Virus record (IMG/VR): IMGVR_UViG_3300032242_003148 | Coordinates: 101,607 to 165,606 of that record | DNA from: a virus | Length of the DNA stretch: 64,000 bases | Strand: one strand, 5' to 3' | Shown here: positions 28,279 through 37,490 of the stretch, in pieces | How positions within the stretch are numbered: position 1 is the first letter of the stretch | Layout: every line of letters starts with the position of its first letter | Program-made: the position numbers and the translations under genes | The notes under the pieces: generated by a model | The model's input: the letters and a program-made list of their open reading frames with translations, nothing else | Told to the model about the DNA's origin: nothing | The model's database searches: none

Positions 28279-29003
28279 CAACCAACGCAAACACCAATAT
28301 CCCACTTTCACCAGAAGAGGCATATCTTGCTTCTAGACTTTTTGGTAAAAGTTTGTTCAGTGCAATCCAACTCTCTAAAGAAATGGAGGAAAGCGATCGC
28401 CGCAAAGAGTTGGGCGGTGGTAATGATGTGCTTAGAATTCCTATTCCTATTAGTAAACTCCAGAAAACCAGTAACGAGAATGAGCCTGCCCCTGGGCTTA
28501 TTGGCAGGGCATTAAGATTTAATAGAAATCCTATTCGCGCCCTGGTAGGTGGAGAAACAGGATTTCATGAAGCTCGCCGTGAATACTTTGATCAGCAGCG
28601 TGCACAAATTCAAAAAGAATTAGAACATGCCCAGAGAGAATATCTAGACACCTTGCAGCAGATCAAACAAGGAGAAGAGAATACTCCTAATGTGGACAGT
28701 TTTTGCAATGGGCTTGCTGCAGAAGCAACCATTCCAGAGTTAATTTCTAAAACTGCAGGTAACACAGCGGAGGATGTAAATATTAGTGATAATACCATAC
28801 GCCGTCTTTTGGGTAATAGCTTAAGTTTTGCCAAGAAACCCGTGGAGCCTCTTATTGATCTTGGAGCTACAGGTATGGCAGGAACTGCTGCAGGCAGCGC
28901 TTATCTCACATATATATTGAAAAAGAAACTTCGTGAAAAGGATCCTAACAGCTACTACCAGTCAGATATTCCTACTCGCGTTGAATTAGAGCCCTACAGA
29001 TAA
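28275..29003 (+). CDS. Hypothetical virion-module protein
   Basis: 242 aa; KTS/KQG/KTA sites; C-terminal Gly-rich helix. Confidence 0.6.
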   Translation: MTTNANTNIPLSPEEAYLASRLFGKSLFSAIQLSKEMEESDRRKELGGGNDVLRIPIPISKLQKTSNENEPAPGLIGRALRFNRNPIRALVGGETGFHEARREYFDQQRAQIQKELEHAQREYLDTLQQIKQGEENTPNVDSFCNGLAAEATIPELISKTAGNTAEDVNISDNTIRRLLGNSLSFAKKPVEPLIDLGATGMAGTAAGSAYLTYILKKKLREKDPNSYYQSDIPTRVELEPYR

Positions 29004-29533
29004 TGAACATAAACTGGAGTGAGTTTGAAAAGGGTTTTAATGAATTAGCTAAAGAGGCTAATTTTGTAGGAGACATCGCAGGAAATATTTTAAAGAACTA
29101 CACAGACAAGGCCCTGGGAGGACTTGCTAATAAATTAGAAGGACTGGGTATTGGTGGAATTCCACAGGGAGGATTTCTTCCGCCCCAAATGCCAAATATC
29201 ACAATAAACATGGCAAAGCCGGGCAACTTACTCGACACCACCACAGGTGTACACAGCATTAACAATCCAGTGATCGGCACAGAAAAACTTGCAGGTGAAA
29301 AAACAGCTGGAATTATTGATCCTAATGTACTGAGAAGTGTGCTCACCGCTAATGCAGTAAAAGGAATAGTTAACACAGTAACAGACCAGCACGGTAACAC
29401 TATCCCAGCAGAAGAACACAAAGATGTTATCCTAGAGTCTAAGTATCCTGAGATGAAAAAACTTCTTGCAGATCCTTCAACCAAAGCATATCTTGAATCC
29501 TTACTCACTGAGGATTCGAACAATGCACGCTAA
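29003..29533 (+). CDS. Leader-bearing hypothetical protein
   Basis: EFEKGFNELAKEA leader; EKLAGEKTAG. Confidence 0.6.
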   Translation: MNINWSEFEKGFNELAKEANFVGDIAGNILKNYTDKALGGLANKLEGLGIGGIPQGGFLPPQMPNITINMAKPGNLLDTTTGVHSINNPVIGTEKLAGEKTAGIIDPNVLRSVLTANAVKGIVNTVTDQHGNTIPAEEHKDVILESKYPEMKKLLADPSTKAYLESLLTEDSNNAR

Positions 29534-29735
29534 ACAAATCTATATCCCGTCTTTAAAAATAAAAGGAACATACCTGGAAGAAATCGGCGGAGGAACTGAC
29601 AAAGTTATGTACCCAGGTAAGACTATAGAGGTTGAGTTAGGCGCAGAAGATTTCTTATCAGAAGAGGACTACCATAGTGCATGGATCCTTATCACAAAGG
29701 CAGTTCAAAAGAAACTAACAGATGGAGCCGCCTAA
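29523..29735 (+). CDS. Small hypothetical protein
   Basis: Start MHAKQIYIP (ATG 29523), 70 aa. Confidence 0.5.
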   Translation: MHAKQIYIPSLKIKGTYLEEIGGGTDKVMYPGKTIEVELGAEDFLSEEDYHSAWILITKAVQKKLTDGAA

Positions 29736-30375
29736 AAACACCAGAGCTTTCTTTGATCCTCACCAGTTAAACAAGCTTATTCAAAAGCATGTACTGGATG
29801 GGTTTAAATCCAAGCTAGGGCTGATAGAGACCAACGACCACAAGCTAGAGGTTGATAACTTAGAGCTGCACCCGAAGAATTTCTCAATAGAAGAGCAGAA
29901 GAGTGCTGTGCTTGAGAAAAGAGATCTTACGTATCCTATAAAAGGAGATATACATCTGGTGGATAAGAAAACCGGAGGTAGGATAGAATCAAAGCATATC
30001 ACTATAGCCAATATTCCTTTTGTAACAGATAGAAACACAGTTATTTACAACGGCAGCGAATACGAACCTATTCATCAGCAGAGATTATTGCCAGGGGTAT
30101 ATTCAAGGATTCGTCAGAGCGGCGAGGCCGAAGCCCATATCAACCCAGCACCTAGAACAGGCATGGGCGGTAGAATATTATTCTTTCCTGACAAACAGTT
30201 ATTTGTGCTTATGATTCAAAACACCCAGATCAAGCTATATGGAGTAATGCATGACTTAGGTATACCTGATAGCCAGATGCAAAATAGCTGGGGAGAAGAA
30301 ATCTACCTGGCAAATAAAAGAATGTATACAGGCGATGAGATAGACAAACTCTACAACAAAATATTTTTAGGATAA
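29722..30375 (+). CDS. rpoB: Phage RNA polymerase, beta N-terminal fragment
   Basis: LTYPIKG...IANIPFVTDRNTVIYNGSEY...QQRLLPGVY matches beta GEIPLMTDNGTFVINGTE...QLHRSPGVF. Confidence 0.85.
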   Translation: MEPPKNTRAFFDPHQLNKLIQKHVLDGFKSKLGLIETNDHKLEVDNLELHPKNFSIEEQKSAVLEKRDLTYPIKGDIHLVDKKTGGRIESKHITIANIPFVTDRNTVIYNGSEYEPIHQQRLLPGVYSRIRQSGEAEAHINPAPRTGMGGRILFFPDKQLFVLMIQNTQIKLYGVMHDLGIPDSQMQNSWGEEIYLANKRMYTGDEIDKLYNKIFLG

Positions 30376-30413
30376 TTTCTTATACACAGACAAGAAAGGT
30401 GGTGAATACACAC

Positions 30414-30635
30414 ATGAACAAAAACGCATACGAAATCAGACTCGACGTTCTTATCGACGCCCACAGGTACTGCAATGATATCTTTCAACACAAGGTATCA
30501 GCACTACTCACTGCAGCTGATAAGCAGGGTAAGTCGGTCTCTCCTGAGGATATAGAAAAGCTATATCCCTCTAAGAAAGAGATCATTAGTACCGCAGAAC
30601 TCTTCTATGAGTTTGTGAGCAACAATCACAAATAA
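30414..30635 (+). CDS. Conserved small phage protein (NAYEIRL type)
   Basis: MNKNAYEIRLDVL...AELFYEFV. Confidence 0.6.
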   Translation: MNKNAYEIRLDVLIDAHRYCNDIFQHKVSALLTAADKQGKSVSPEDIEKLYPSKKEIISTAELFYEFVSNNHK

Positions 30636-30667
30636 ACTTGCAAGAGAACTAAAAAAAAGTAATAATA

Positions 30668-30749
30668 CTATCAGCAATGGAGAAACCTCATGTTTCTCTG
30701 GCCTAGGTAAAACCGAAGCTGTTGCAAGGGCATAATCCATTGTTGATAG
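30668..30749 (+). ncRNA. Candidate structured 5' leader RNA
   Basis: 14-bp closing stem CTATCAGCAATGGA/TCCATTGTTGATAG enclosing GAAAC/GTTTC hairpin; follows TTGCAA-17-AATAAT promoter. Confidence 0.45.
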
Positions 30750-30779
30750 TCTAACAAAACAACAAACAACAATAAAATT

Positions 30780-31268
30780 ATGGCAACATATTCAATTCGT
30801 AAAGTAGCCTCAACAGCAGACGCTACACAAATCGGTGGACTCATCACTTCACGTTATGAGAAAGCCAGCATGGCCTTCGGAACAGTTCCCGCAGGAAGCT
30901 ACAAGTGTGGTGATACACTCAGCTTTGATGACGTGGATGCTCAGTACATTGTAGAAGCCCACATCACAGCCCATACAACAGCAACAGCCGTTGCCGTTCT
31001 TGACGTTGTGCCTGGAACAAACCTCAATACAGGAGCTCTTACATTAGACCTCGGTACAGGGTTTGGTACAGACGGAACTACAGATGGTCCTTTACTCAGC
31101 TATGTAATCTATTACATCCGCGGTAACGGAGCTTTACCGGCAACTCGTCACCTCGGTGGTGATGCAGCGCCCCGTAACTCAGGAGATGGTAATCTTCTCC
31201 AGGTTAAGGTAACCGCCAGCGCAGTTGCCACAACCACGACTTCCACAGAGTCCGGTCCTACAGCCTAA
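30780..31268 (+). CDS. Putative abundant structural (decoration/fibre-like) protein
   Basis: 162 aa Thr/Ala/Gly-rich; own promoter and terminator. Confidence 0.6.
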   Translation: MATYSIRKVASTADATQIGGLITSRYEKASMAFGTVPAGSYKCGDTLSFDDVDAQYIVEAHITAHTTATAVAVLDVVPGTNLNTGALTLDLGTGFGTDGTTDGPLLSYVIYYIRGNGALPATRHLGGDAAPRNSGDGNLLQVKVTASAVATTTTSTESGPTA

Positions 31269-31289
31269 TAACTGCTACAGTTCAAAGAG

Positions 31290-31324
31290 TAAGGGTGTGG
31301 AGAAATCCACGCCCTTATTTTTTG
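31290..31324 (+). terminator. Intrinsic terminator
   Basis: TAAGGGTGTGG-AGAAAT-CCACGCCCTTA then T-run. Confidence 0.85.
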
Positions 31325-31403
31325 TCTAAAAAAGACCTTGCAAGAAAAGAAGAGATCGATATATTAATTTTGACGGTAAACACTAACCCTAAACATAAAC
31401 ACT

Positions 31404-31556
31404 ATGGCACAAGACGACACAAAAGAACAAAAGGTATTCAGACTTGTACAAGACCTCGAGCAGGTAAGGAAAAACAAAAAAGCCGAGATGCAAGCGTACA
31501 ACGAAGAAATCAAAAGAATCAACGGAGAAATCAAAGATCTTTTAAACGAGAAATAA
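31404..31556 (+). CDS. Small coiled-coil protein (50 aa)
   Basis: MAQDDTKEQKVFRLVQDLEQ...; below ORF-track cutoff; preferred over the overlapping 31295 ORF. Confidence 0.55.
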   Translation: MAQDDTKEQKVFRLVQDLEQVRKNKKAEMQAYNEEIKRINGEIKDLLNEK

Positions 31557-31560
31557 ACAT

Positions 31561-31860
31561 ATGACTGAAGAAAACAATACAATCCCAGAAGGCAGAGTAG
31601 AACTGCCCATAGTAGTAGCAGAAGAAACAAACAAGCATGTATCCATACTTCTTGTAGAGGATGGACTTGCACAAGTAGAAGACCAGCTTAAAACTATTGA
31701 TAGCGGGCTGATTGAAGCCAATGAATCAAGCAGGCAATTGAATGAACGTGTGACTATGCTGCAGAGCAGGAAAATAGCAGCCACAGCACAAAAAAACTTG
31801 CTCATAGAGCTTCAAAAAAAGATTGTTGAGTTTGCTGAAGCAAATCAAGTAATCGCCTAA
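31561..31860 (+). CDS. Coiled-coil hypothetical protein
   Basis: 99 aa. Confidence 0.6.
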   Translation: MTEENNTIPEGRVELPIVVAEETNKHVSILLVEDGLAQVEDQLKTIDSGLIEANESSRQLNERVTMLQSRKIAATAQKNLLIELQKKIVEFAEANQVIA

Positions 31861-31866
31861 ATTAAA

Positions 31867-32220
31867 ATGAAAGAAACCCTCAGCAGCCTGTACCCACTGT
31901 TGGGGGTTTCTTTTATGCTGGGTTATGCTCTGCTTGTTTGGTTTAGAACTAATGCCTTTGCAGAGTATGTCACTCTATTTAGATTAACTAGGTTCTTTCA
32001 TGTAGGGGATTATAACGAGGTATCTAAAAATGGCTATCCAGAGGGGTATGTGCATTTTTTAAAAGAATACTATCATGATAATTTTATAGTTCGTCTAGTT
32101 ACCTGCCCTGTATGTTTTGGATTTTGGCTAGGCCTTATTATTTTTTTTGGTTTTCCTGTTAACATACTAGTAGTTCCTCTAGGCTTGTTTTTTTACGGGG
32201 TTTTAAATAAGCTAGTTTGA
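31867..32220 (+). CDS. Membrane protein with CPxC motif (DUF1360-like)
   Basis: LVTCPVCFGFW plus hydrophobic helices. Confidence 0.55.
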   Translation: MKETLSSLYPLLGVSFMLGYALLVWFRTNAFAEYVTLFRLTRFFHVGDYNEVSKNGYPEGYVHFLKEYYHDNFIVRLVTCPVCFGFWLGLIIFFGFPVNILVVPLGLFFYGVLNKLV

Positions 32221-32221
32221 T

Positions 32222-33943
32222 ATGTCAAATCTAAGTATCAATCCCTCCACAGTAGAGCTGGGTCCACAGTATACTGTGCAATATCAGCCTGGATATTATG
32301 CAAGTAGAGATATTGTTGTGCACACCACAGCTATTGGTACAGTTGGTAGTACGTCTCTGATAGTAGATAATGCTTCTAATCTATCTAGAGGAGACCTGGT
32401 AGAGGCTTACGGAATACCAGAACAGACTAATATATCAAATATCTCTGGCACTACAATAACTCTTAGCAGCGCGATAACACAAACAATACCTATAGGCACT
32501 GCGCTATATATAGGGTCAATCTCAAAACCATCAAGCTGCATACTTCCTTCTGCTATATCCCCAAGCCTAGACCTAGGTTCTCCTATAGCTCCTATAGATC
32601 TCAGCTGTCATTATGCTTTTCCGCAAGTATATCTAACTCCCCCCATTTATAATGCTCCACAAACATTTGTGGCTTGTGAAGATTTTACAGCTTCTGTGGA
32701 CATTAGCCTACGAAATGCCATAACAGGGAATATAACGGCCACACCCACAAGTTCTCCACATTGTGGATTAGCCATCACAGGTCTTTTAGACGTAAACACC
32801 TGTGCCAATTTTACAGCCACGTCAAATATAACCTTTTCAGGTGCGGCACAAAACAGCTCATTAAAATTAACTGCAAGAGGACAACCGGATTGTGGTGTAG
32901 ACATTAAAGGTAATATAGATGTGCAAGCCTGCTCGGCATTTACATCTACTGTTAAATTTGATGTACCCGACGCTATGGCCGGCTCGGTTTTTTCTGTAAC
33001 TCCTAAAGGCCCATCTGACTGTGGGTTAGACCTAGACCTAGCCCTAAAATTAAATTTAAATGCGTGTGAAAAAATAACACCTATTATTAATTTTACATTT
33101 CCAGAAGCAATGGCTGGATCTACAGCTGTTTTTACTGCATCTCAAAACCCCCCTGACTGTCCTATTGAACTAGACCTTAACTTGGCACTAAACGCATGTA
33201 CAACATTCACTGCCGGCGGGGGAATAAGTGTTGGTGGTGGTGGCGCTAGCGGGTTTATTGGAGTTAGGGCGAACAAACCGCCAGATTGTGGCGTTTTTCT
33301 TGCTGGAAATATAAATGTACCAGCTGCGTGTACAGGGATTACCGTGGGTGGTAATGTGGGTATATCGGGCGCCGCGCAAGGCAGCATTACGTTAACGCCA
33401 TCTGGAGGCCCACCAGGTTGTGGGGTGCAGCTTGGCGGGAATATACATGTTAACTGCCCAACCGCTAACAGCTCCTTTCGTCCTGCTGGGGCAGCATGTA
33501 CTGGCGCAATCAGACTTGTCAGCACCGGAGGAGGGAACGCATGCGGAATTGACCTACAGGGTGACTTAAAAATACAAGCCTGTACTAAATTTTCAATAGA
33601 TACCAGTGCGTATCAATTTTTACATCTAGCGGCCATACGTAAACCAACATTTGCTATAACACAAATGGGTTCGGCAGATGATAGCGGTCAATGTAATCTG
33701 AAGTTAACAGGAACAATGGATATTCCATGCCCATCAATTCTGCCCTCCGAAATCAACTGGGGCGGGATAGTTAATAGCGCAGCCACAACGTTTAATATAG
33801 TTGTAGACCCCGTGAACTGCAATCAGTTTAAATTAAAAGGAAATGTAGCATTTGATGGGGCATGGACAAACGTAACAATTTGTAACAATGGAGTAACGTC
33901 AACTATGCAAGTTTGGGCCAGGGCCCTATCAACCACAAATTAA
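32222..33943 (+). CDS. Cys-periodic repeat protein, possible fibre/appendage
   Basis: About nine ~43-aa repeats AC..F...PDCG..L.G.I. Confidence 0.65.
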   Translation: MSNLSINPSTVELGPQYTVQYQPGYYASRDIVVHTTAIGTVGSTSLIVDNASNLSRGDLVEAYGIPEQTNISNISGTTITLSSAITQTIPIGTALYIGSISKPSSCILPSAISPSLDLGSPIAPIDLSCHYAFPQVYLTPPIYNAPQTFVACEDFTASVDISLRNAITGNITATPTSSPHCGLAITGLLDVNTCANFTATSNITFSGAAQNSSLKLTARGQPDCGVDIKGNIDVQACSAFTSTVKFDVPDAMAGSVFSVTPKGPSDCGLDLDLALKLNLNACEKITPIINFTFPEAMAGSTAVFTASQNPPDCPIELDLNLALNACTTFTAGGGISVGGGGASGFIGVRANKPPDCGVFLAGNINVPAACTGITVGGNVGISGAAQGSITLTPSGGPPGCGVQLGGNIHVNCPTANSSFRPAGAACTGAIRLVSTGGGNACGIDLQGDLKIQACTKFSIDTSAYQFLHLAAIRKPTFAITQMGSADDSGQCNLKLTGTMDIPCPSILPSEINWGGIVNSAATTFNIVVDPVNCNQFKLKGNVAFDGAWTNVTICNNGVTSTMQVWARALSTTN

Positions 33944-34632
33944 CTCTCAGGAATCTCTACCACAGAATCCAAAAAAGTTTGATGGTCTATCCATATTTTT
34001 TTACCATGACCGTCCTCTACTAAGCGGTATAACTTTCCATCATCACCTTTTCTACAGTTTTTTACAAAGAAGTTTACAACACCTATTGTTTCAGCTTCTA
34101 CAGTTTGTATAGGATCCATTAATCCGAACTGGCTCTCGTTAACACTTCTAGAGCTATCAGGAATACTCTCAGTACTTCCTATACCGCCCTCTCCCATCTT
34201 ACTCACCTTGTGGGCAAGCATATATTGCTCCATAGGGTTAACTCCCTCAATATTTTGACTAAGCGCATTACCAACAAACACGCTTTTGATTTGCGGTGTA
34301 AAGAACCCACTGTGGAGCCAGGATAGATTTCTTTTCTGTCTGAGCTTCATCTTAGCCTTCATTTGAATTTTTCCAGCATCATGTTCAATGTGCTCTTTAA
34401 CATAGTCCTCGGCTCCCAAGAATTTTGAGTACGCCAGGTTATCACGATCATCAGGACTAATCTCACGGCTATGCACCTTGAGTAGTTTTCCAGTGGTTTG
34501 CAATAACACCTGAGGGCTCACGTGATTAACACTCATTCCTAGAGTCTTGCCCATAACACCGATGTCTAATCGAATGTTGCCAAAGTACTCTTTAATCTTC
34601 TGAATTTTTTCTGCTTTAGAGGTGGTATCCAT
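33940..34632 (-). CDS. rpoB: Phage RNA polymerase, beta middle fragment (fork/Rif region)
   Basis: DDRDNL; LSQNIEGVNPMEQ...KVSKMGEGG; SVNESQFGLMDPIQTVEAETIG match beta DDIDHL / [12 protein letters not shown] / CPIETPEGPNIG. Confidence 0.88.
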   Translation of the reverse strand: MDTTSKAEKIQKIKEYFGNIRLDIGVMGKTLGMSVNHVSPQVLLQTTGKLLKVHSREISPDDRDNLAYSKFLGAEDYVKEHIEHDAGKIQMKAKMKLRQKRNLSWLHSGFFTPQIKSVFVGNALSQNIEGVNPMEQYMLAHKVSKMGEGGIGSTESIPDSSRSVNESQFGLMDPIQTVEAETIGVVNFFVKNCRKGDDGKLYRLVEDGHGKKIWIDHQTFLDSVVEIPES

Positions 34633-34755
34633 GTAGCTTATTATAATGGCTAAAATAAAACAAACAATCAGAAATCCTCAACCTAAAAGATAAGCTTTGA
34701 CGATGAACAAATATATATTAATATATTAGTGTTAGTTTAAATAAAAATAATAAAT

Positions 34756-34944
34756 ATGAATTTTGACTTCAACTACGATCCTGAATCGGAAGAGATAGGA
34801 ATTACATTTGATAATTCAATCACACTCAGGGCATATCAGCAAAATGGTAAAATAATTTTTGTTAATTTTGACAGGGTTGACGACGGGGATGTAGAAGATC
34901 TTTTAAAAAACCTTTGCAAAGCCACGTTTGATATGCTTACTTAG
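34756..34944 (+). CDS. Hypothetical protein
   Basis: 62 aa acidic. Confidence 0.55.
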   Translation: MNFDFNYDPESEEIGITFDNSITLRAYQQNGKIIFVNFDRVDDGDVEDLLKNLCKATFDMLT

Positions 34945-34948
34945 TTGA

Positions 34949-35395
34949 ATGGTAAATTCAACATACACACACGAAAGACTTAGTTGGGATCAGTACGGAA
35001 TGCTGCTGGCACACGCGGCAGCCCTAAGGTCAGAAGACCCATATATCCAGGTAGGAGCCGCAGCCCTAAGAAGTGACCATAGCGTTGCAGGCACAGGATA
35101 TAACGGAGTACCTAGCGGAATAAATATTTCCTGGGAAGATAGAGACCAGCGCAGAAAGTATGTTTGTCATGCAGAGATAAACTGTTTGAGATATGCAAAG
35201 CCCTCTGAGGTAGAAACAATCTATACCACGCTATCTCCGTGTGCAGACTGTATTAAAACAATAGGTGCGTTTGGTATAAAACGTGTATTGTTTTCAGAAA
35301 TATACGACAAAGATAATTCTTGTTTTGACATTGGTAAAGTGTTTGGTATATCTATAGAACACTTTCAGTTTAACCCTCAGATACTAATAAAATAA
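34949..35395 (+). CDS. dCMP deaminase
   Basis: RSEDP..QVGA, GYNG, CHAEIN, SPCADC. Confidence 0.9.
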   Translation: MVNSTYTHERLSWDQYGMLLAHAAALRSEDPYIQVGAAALRSDHSVAGTGYNGVPSGINISWEDRDQRRKYVCHAEINCLRYAKPSEVETIYTTLSPCADCIKTIGAFGIKRVLFSEIYDKDNSCFDIGKVFGISIEHFQFNPQILIK

Positions 35396-35542
35396 TCTTT
35401 GACAAAGCTATGGAGGCGGAAGATAGTAAGGATGAGTTTCGTAGCTCTTCTCCTGATAAAGAAGAAGATAAAGGAATAACCCACAAAAAAGAAACCTTGA
35501 AAAAACTACGTAAATATCAAAAATCAATAGAACCTGACGAAT

Positions 35543-35770
35543 ATGACGAATACTACAGATACAACACAAACAGCAGATATTAAACAATGCAGCAACTGCA
35601 GCTACTGGTTCCCTATTGGAGATGATCCAGAGAACCCTGATAATCCACTAAAGTTTGGAAAGTGTAAGAGAAACCCTCCTACCTTTCTTGAAAAAGACGA
35701 CACCACATACACAGGATTCCCTATGATTGTGAATAACGAGTGGTGTGGTGAACACAACCCTAAACAATAA
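35543..35770 (+). CDS. Small Cys-cluster phage protein
   Basis: CSNC...GKCKRNPP...WCGE. Confidence 0.6.
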   Translation: MTNTTDTTQTADIKQCSNCSYWFPIGDDPENPDNPLKFGKCKRNPPTFLEKDDTTYTGFPMIVNNEWCGEHNPKQ

Positions 35771-35779
35771 AATACATAT

Positions 35780-36283
35780 ATGAAGAAAACATCACAAAAA
35801 ACTAGAGTAAAAGCAAAAAATCAACAGCTTGTTTCTCGTGCAGTAAAAGAGGCAGGCTTTAAGAATATCAAAGAAGCCAAGGAAACCCTGGCACAGCAAA
35901 AAGAACAAATCTTTTCAAACGGAGAAATAACTCCTCAGTTCATTATTCCTGAAGGCGAAAACTATAAGTTTATTCATCAGGAAATTTCCAGCCTGCGCCA
36001 AGAAAATGCTCCAGAATCGTATATAGATGAACGAGTTAAATACTTGGTATGGAAAACTAGAAAGGCTGAGATTGAGCAAACCGAAAAGAAATCTACATGT
36101 TCTTGCAAGGGTAACTGTGGAACTAGCGAAACTCCAGCGCAGCTGGAGGTGGCTAATTACAGCTTCCCAGTTAATACAGGATATGTATTTTCTTCAAATA
36201 ACCAACTACAGGAAAGTTTTGCAAAAGAACTTCAAGGGCTATTCGGTCCTGCCTTTAAGGTTATTGGAGTACAACTCAGGTGA
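35780..36283 (+). CDS. Hypothetical protein
   Basis: 167 aa, basic N-terminus. Confidence 0.6.
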   Translation: MKKTSQKTRVKAKNQQLVSRAVKEAGFKNIKEAKETLAQQKEQIFSNGEITPQFIIPEGENYKFIHQEISSLRQENAPESYIDERVKYLVWKTRKAEIEQTEKKSTCSCKGNCGTSETPAQLEVANYSFPVNTGYVFSSNNQLQESFAKELQGLFGPAFKVIGVQLR

Positions 36284-36391
36284 TGTTAAGCATGGCTGAT
36301 TTATTTGCTTCCGCATTAGGAGGCTTTTTGATAGTATCTTGTTTCAGACTCTGGAAAAAATACGATAAGTAAAAAGTTAGGTTGCATGGGT

Positions 36392-36428
36392 AGGGACCGG
36401 TATCTAAATGGTGGGTACCGGTCCCTTT
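36392..36428 (+). terminator. Hairpin/terminator
   Basis: AGGGACCGGTATCT...GGGTACCGGTCCCT followed by T-rich tail. Confidence 0.65.
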
Positions 36429-36484
36429 ACTTTATGGGTTACATAGTGCTAGGCAACAGTCCACAGGAGTAGCTATAATTAACC

Positions 36485-37486
36485 ATGTTTATATTTATAT
36501 TAACGGTATCTGCATTATTTATTGCCGGCTGTGCGGCATTCTTTTCTATCAAAGGAATTACCTTACTATTCGCCGGTAGCGCTATTTCTGTAGCGATTAT
36601 GGCTAGTTCATTAGAGATAGGTAAGCTAGTAGCTGCTAGTTTTTTACACAGAAGCTGGAGCAAGATATCCATAGCTTTAAAAATCTACCTTTGTATAGCT
36701 GTGGGTTCTCTCATGCTCATTACTTCATTAGGTATCTTTGGATTTCTCACCAGAGCTTATGAGGTGCACAGAGGAACAGAGGTTGCATATGATATATCCT
36801 TAAAAGGTTATGATACCCAGACTAATGTTTTAAAAGATGAATTAGCTGCTAACCAGGTACGCATAGATAATCTTAATGCCCTGAGAAAAGATCAAGAAGC
36901 CAGGGTAAACGCTGCAGGTAATTACAAGGCTCCAAGAGAGCAAGCATACAAAGCCATAGAAAGCGCCAACCAAGAAATAACAGGCAAAGAAGCCAGACAG
37001 GTAGAACTACGCAAACAAATAGGAGAACTAGAAATAAAGAAGACCGCCATAAATTCTGAAATAAATACAAAAACAGATGTGGGTACATTTAAGTTTGTGG
37101 CTGCTGCTATGGGTACAGATGTAGATACCGCTGTTAAATGGTTTATTCTTCTATTGGTGTTTGTGTTTGATCCATTGGCTGTGGCATTGATTCTTGCACT
37201 CAACCAGCAGATAGAGGAAAGACAAAAAGTTAAAAAAAATGAAAATGCTTCCGAAAATGTTGCAGAGCGTTTACATAAGAGAAATGTTAATGATAGCCAA
37301 CATGCTCCCGATCATGTTACCGAGCATGTACTTACTAAAGCAGAAGAGCTAAAAAAAAGCATAACGCCGGTTGAGCCTATTGAGTCAAATATGAGCCATT
37401 CACCAGAATTAAAACAAAATACGCGTAAAAATGAAAAAAGGCTTGTTCCTGAGAATAATTCGATTATAACTATTAAATCAAACTAA
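36485..37486 (+). CDS. Multi-pass membrane protein with coiled coil
   Basis: Three N-terminal TMs (LEIGKLVAAS), coiled coil, FVFDPLAVAL TM. Confidence 0.7.
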   Translation: MFIFILTVSALFIAGCAAFFSIKGITLLFAGSAISVAIMASSLEIGKLVAASFLHRSWSKISIALKIYLCIAVGSLMLITSLGIFGFLTRAYEVHRGTEVAYDISLKGYDTQTNVLKDELAANQVRIDNLNALRKDQEARVNAAGNYKAPREQAYKAIESANQEITGKEARQVELRKQIGELEIKKTAINSEINTKTDVGTFKFVAAAMGTDVDTAVKWFILLLVFVFDPLAVALILALNQQIEERQKVKKNENASENVAERLHKRNVNDSQHAPDHVTEHVLTKAEELKKSITPVEPIESNMSHSPELKQNTRKNEKRLVPENNSIITIKSN

Positions 37487-37490
37487 TCAC

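Noticed and set aside
22306-34632. Introns or split inteins joining the RNAP pieces
   Set aside because: No C/S...HN intein ends or group I/II-like sequence at the breaks; each piece has a normal start and stop
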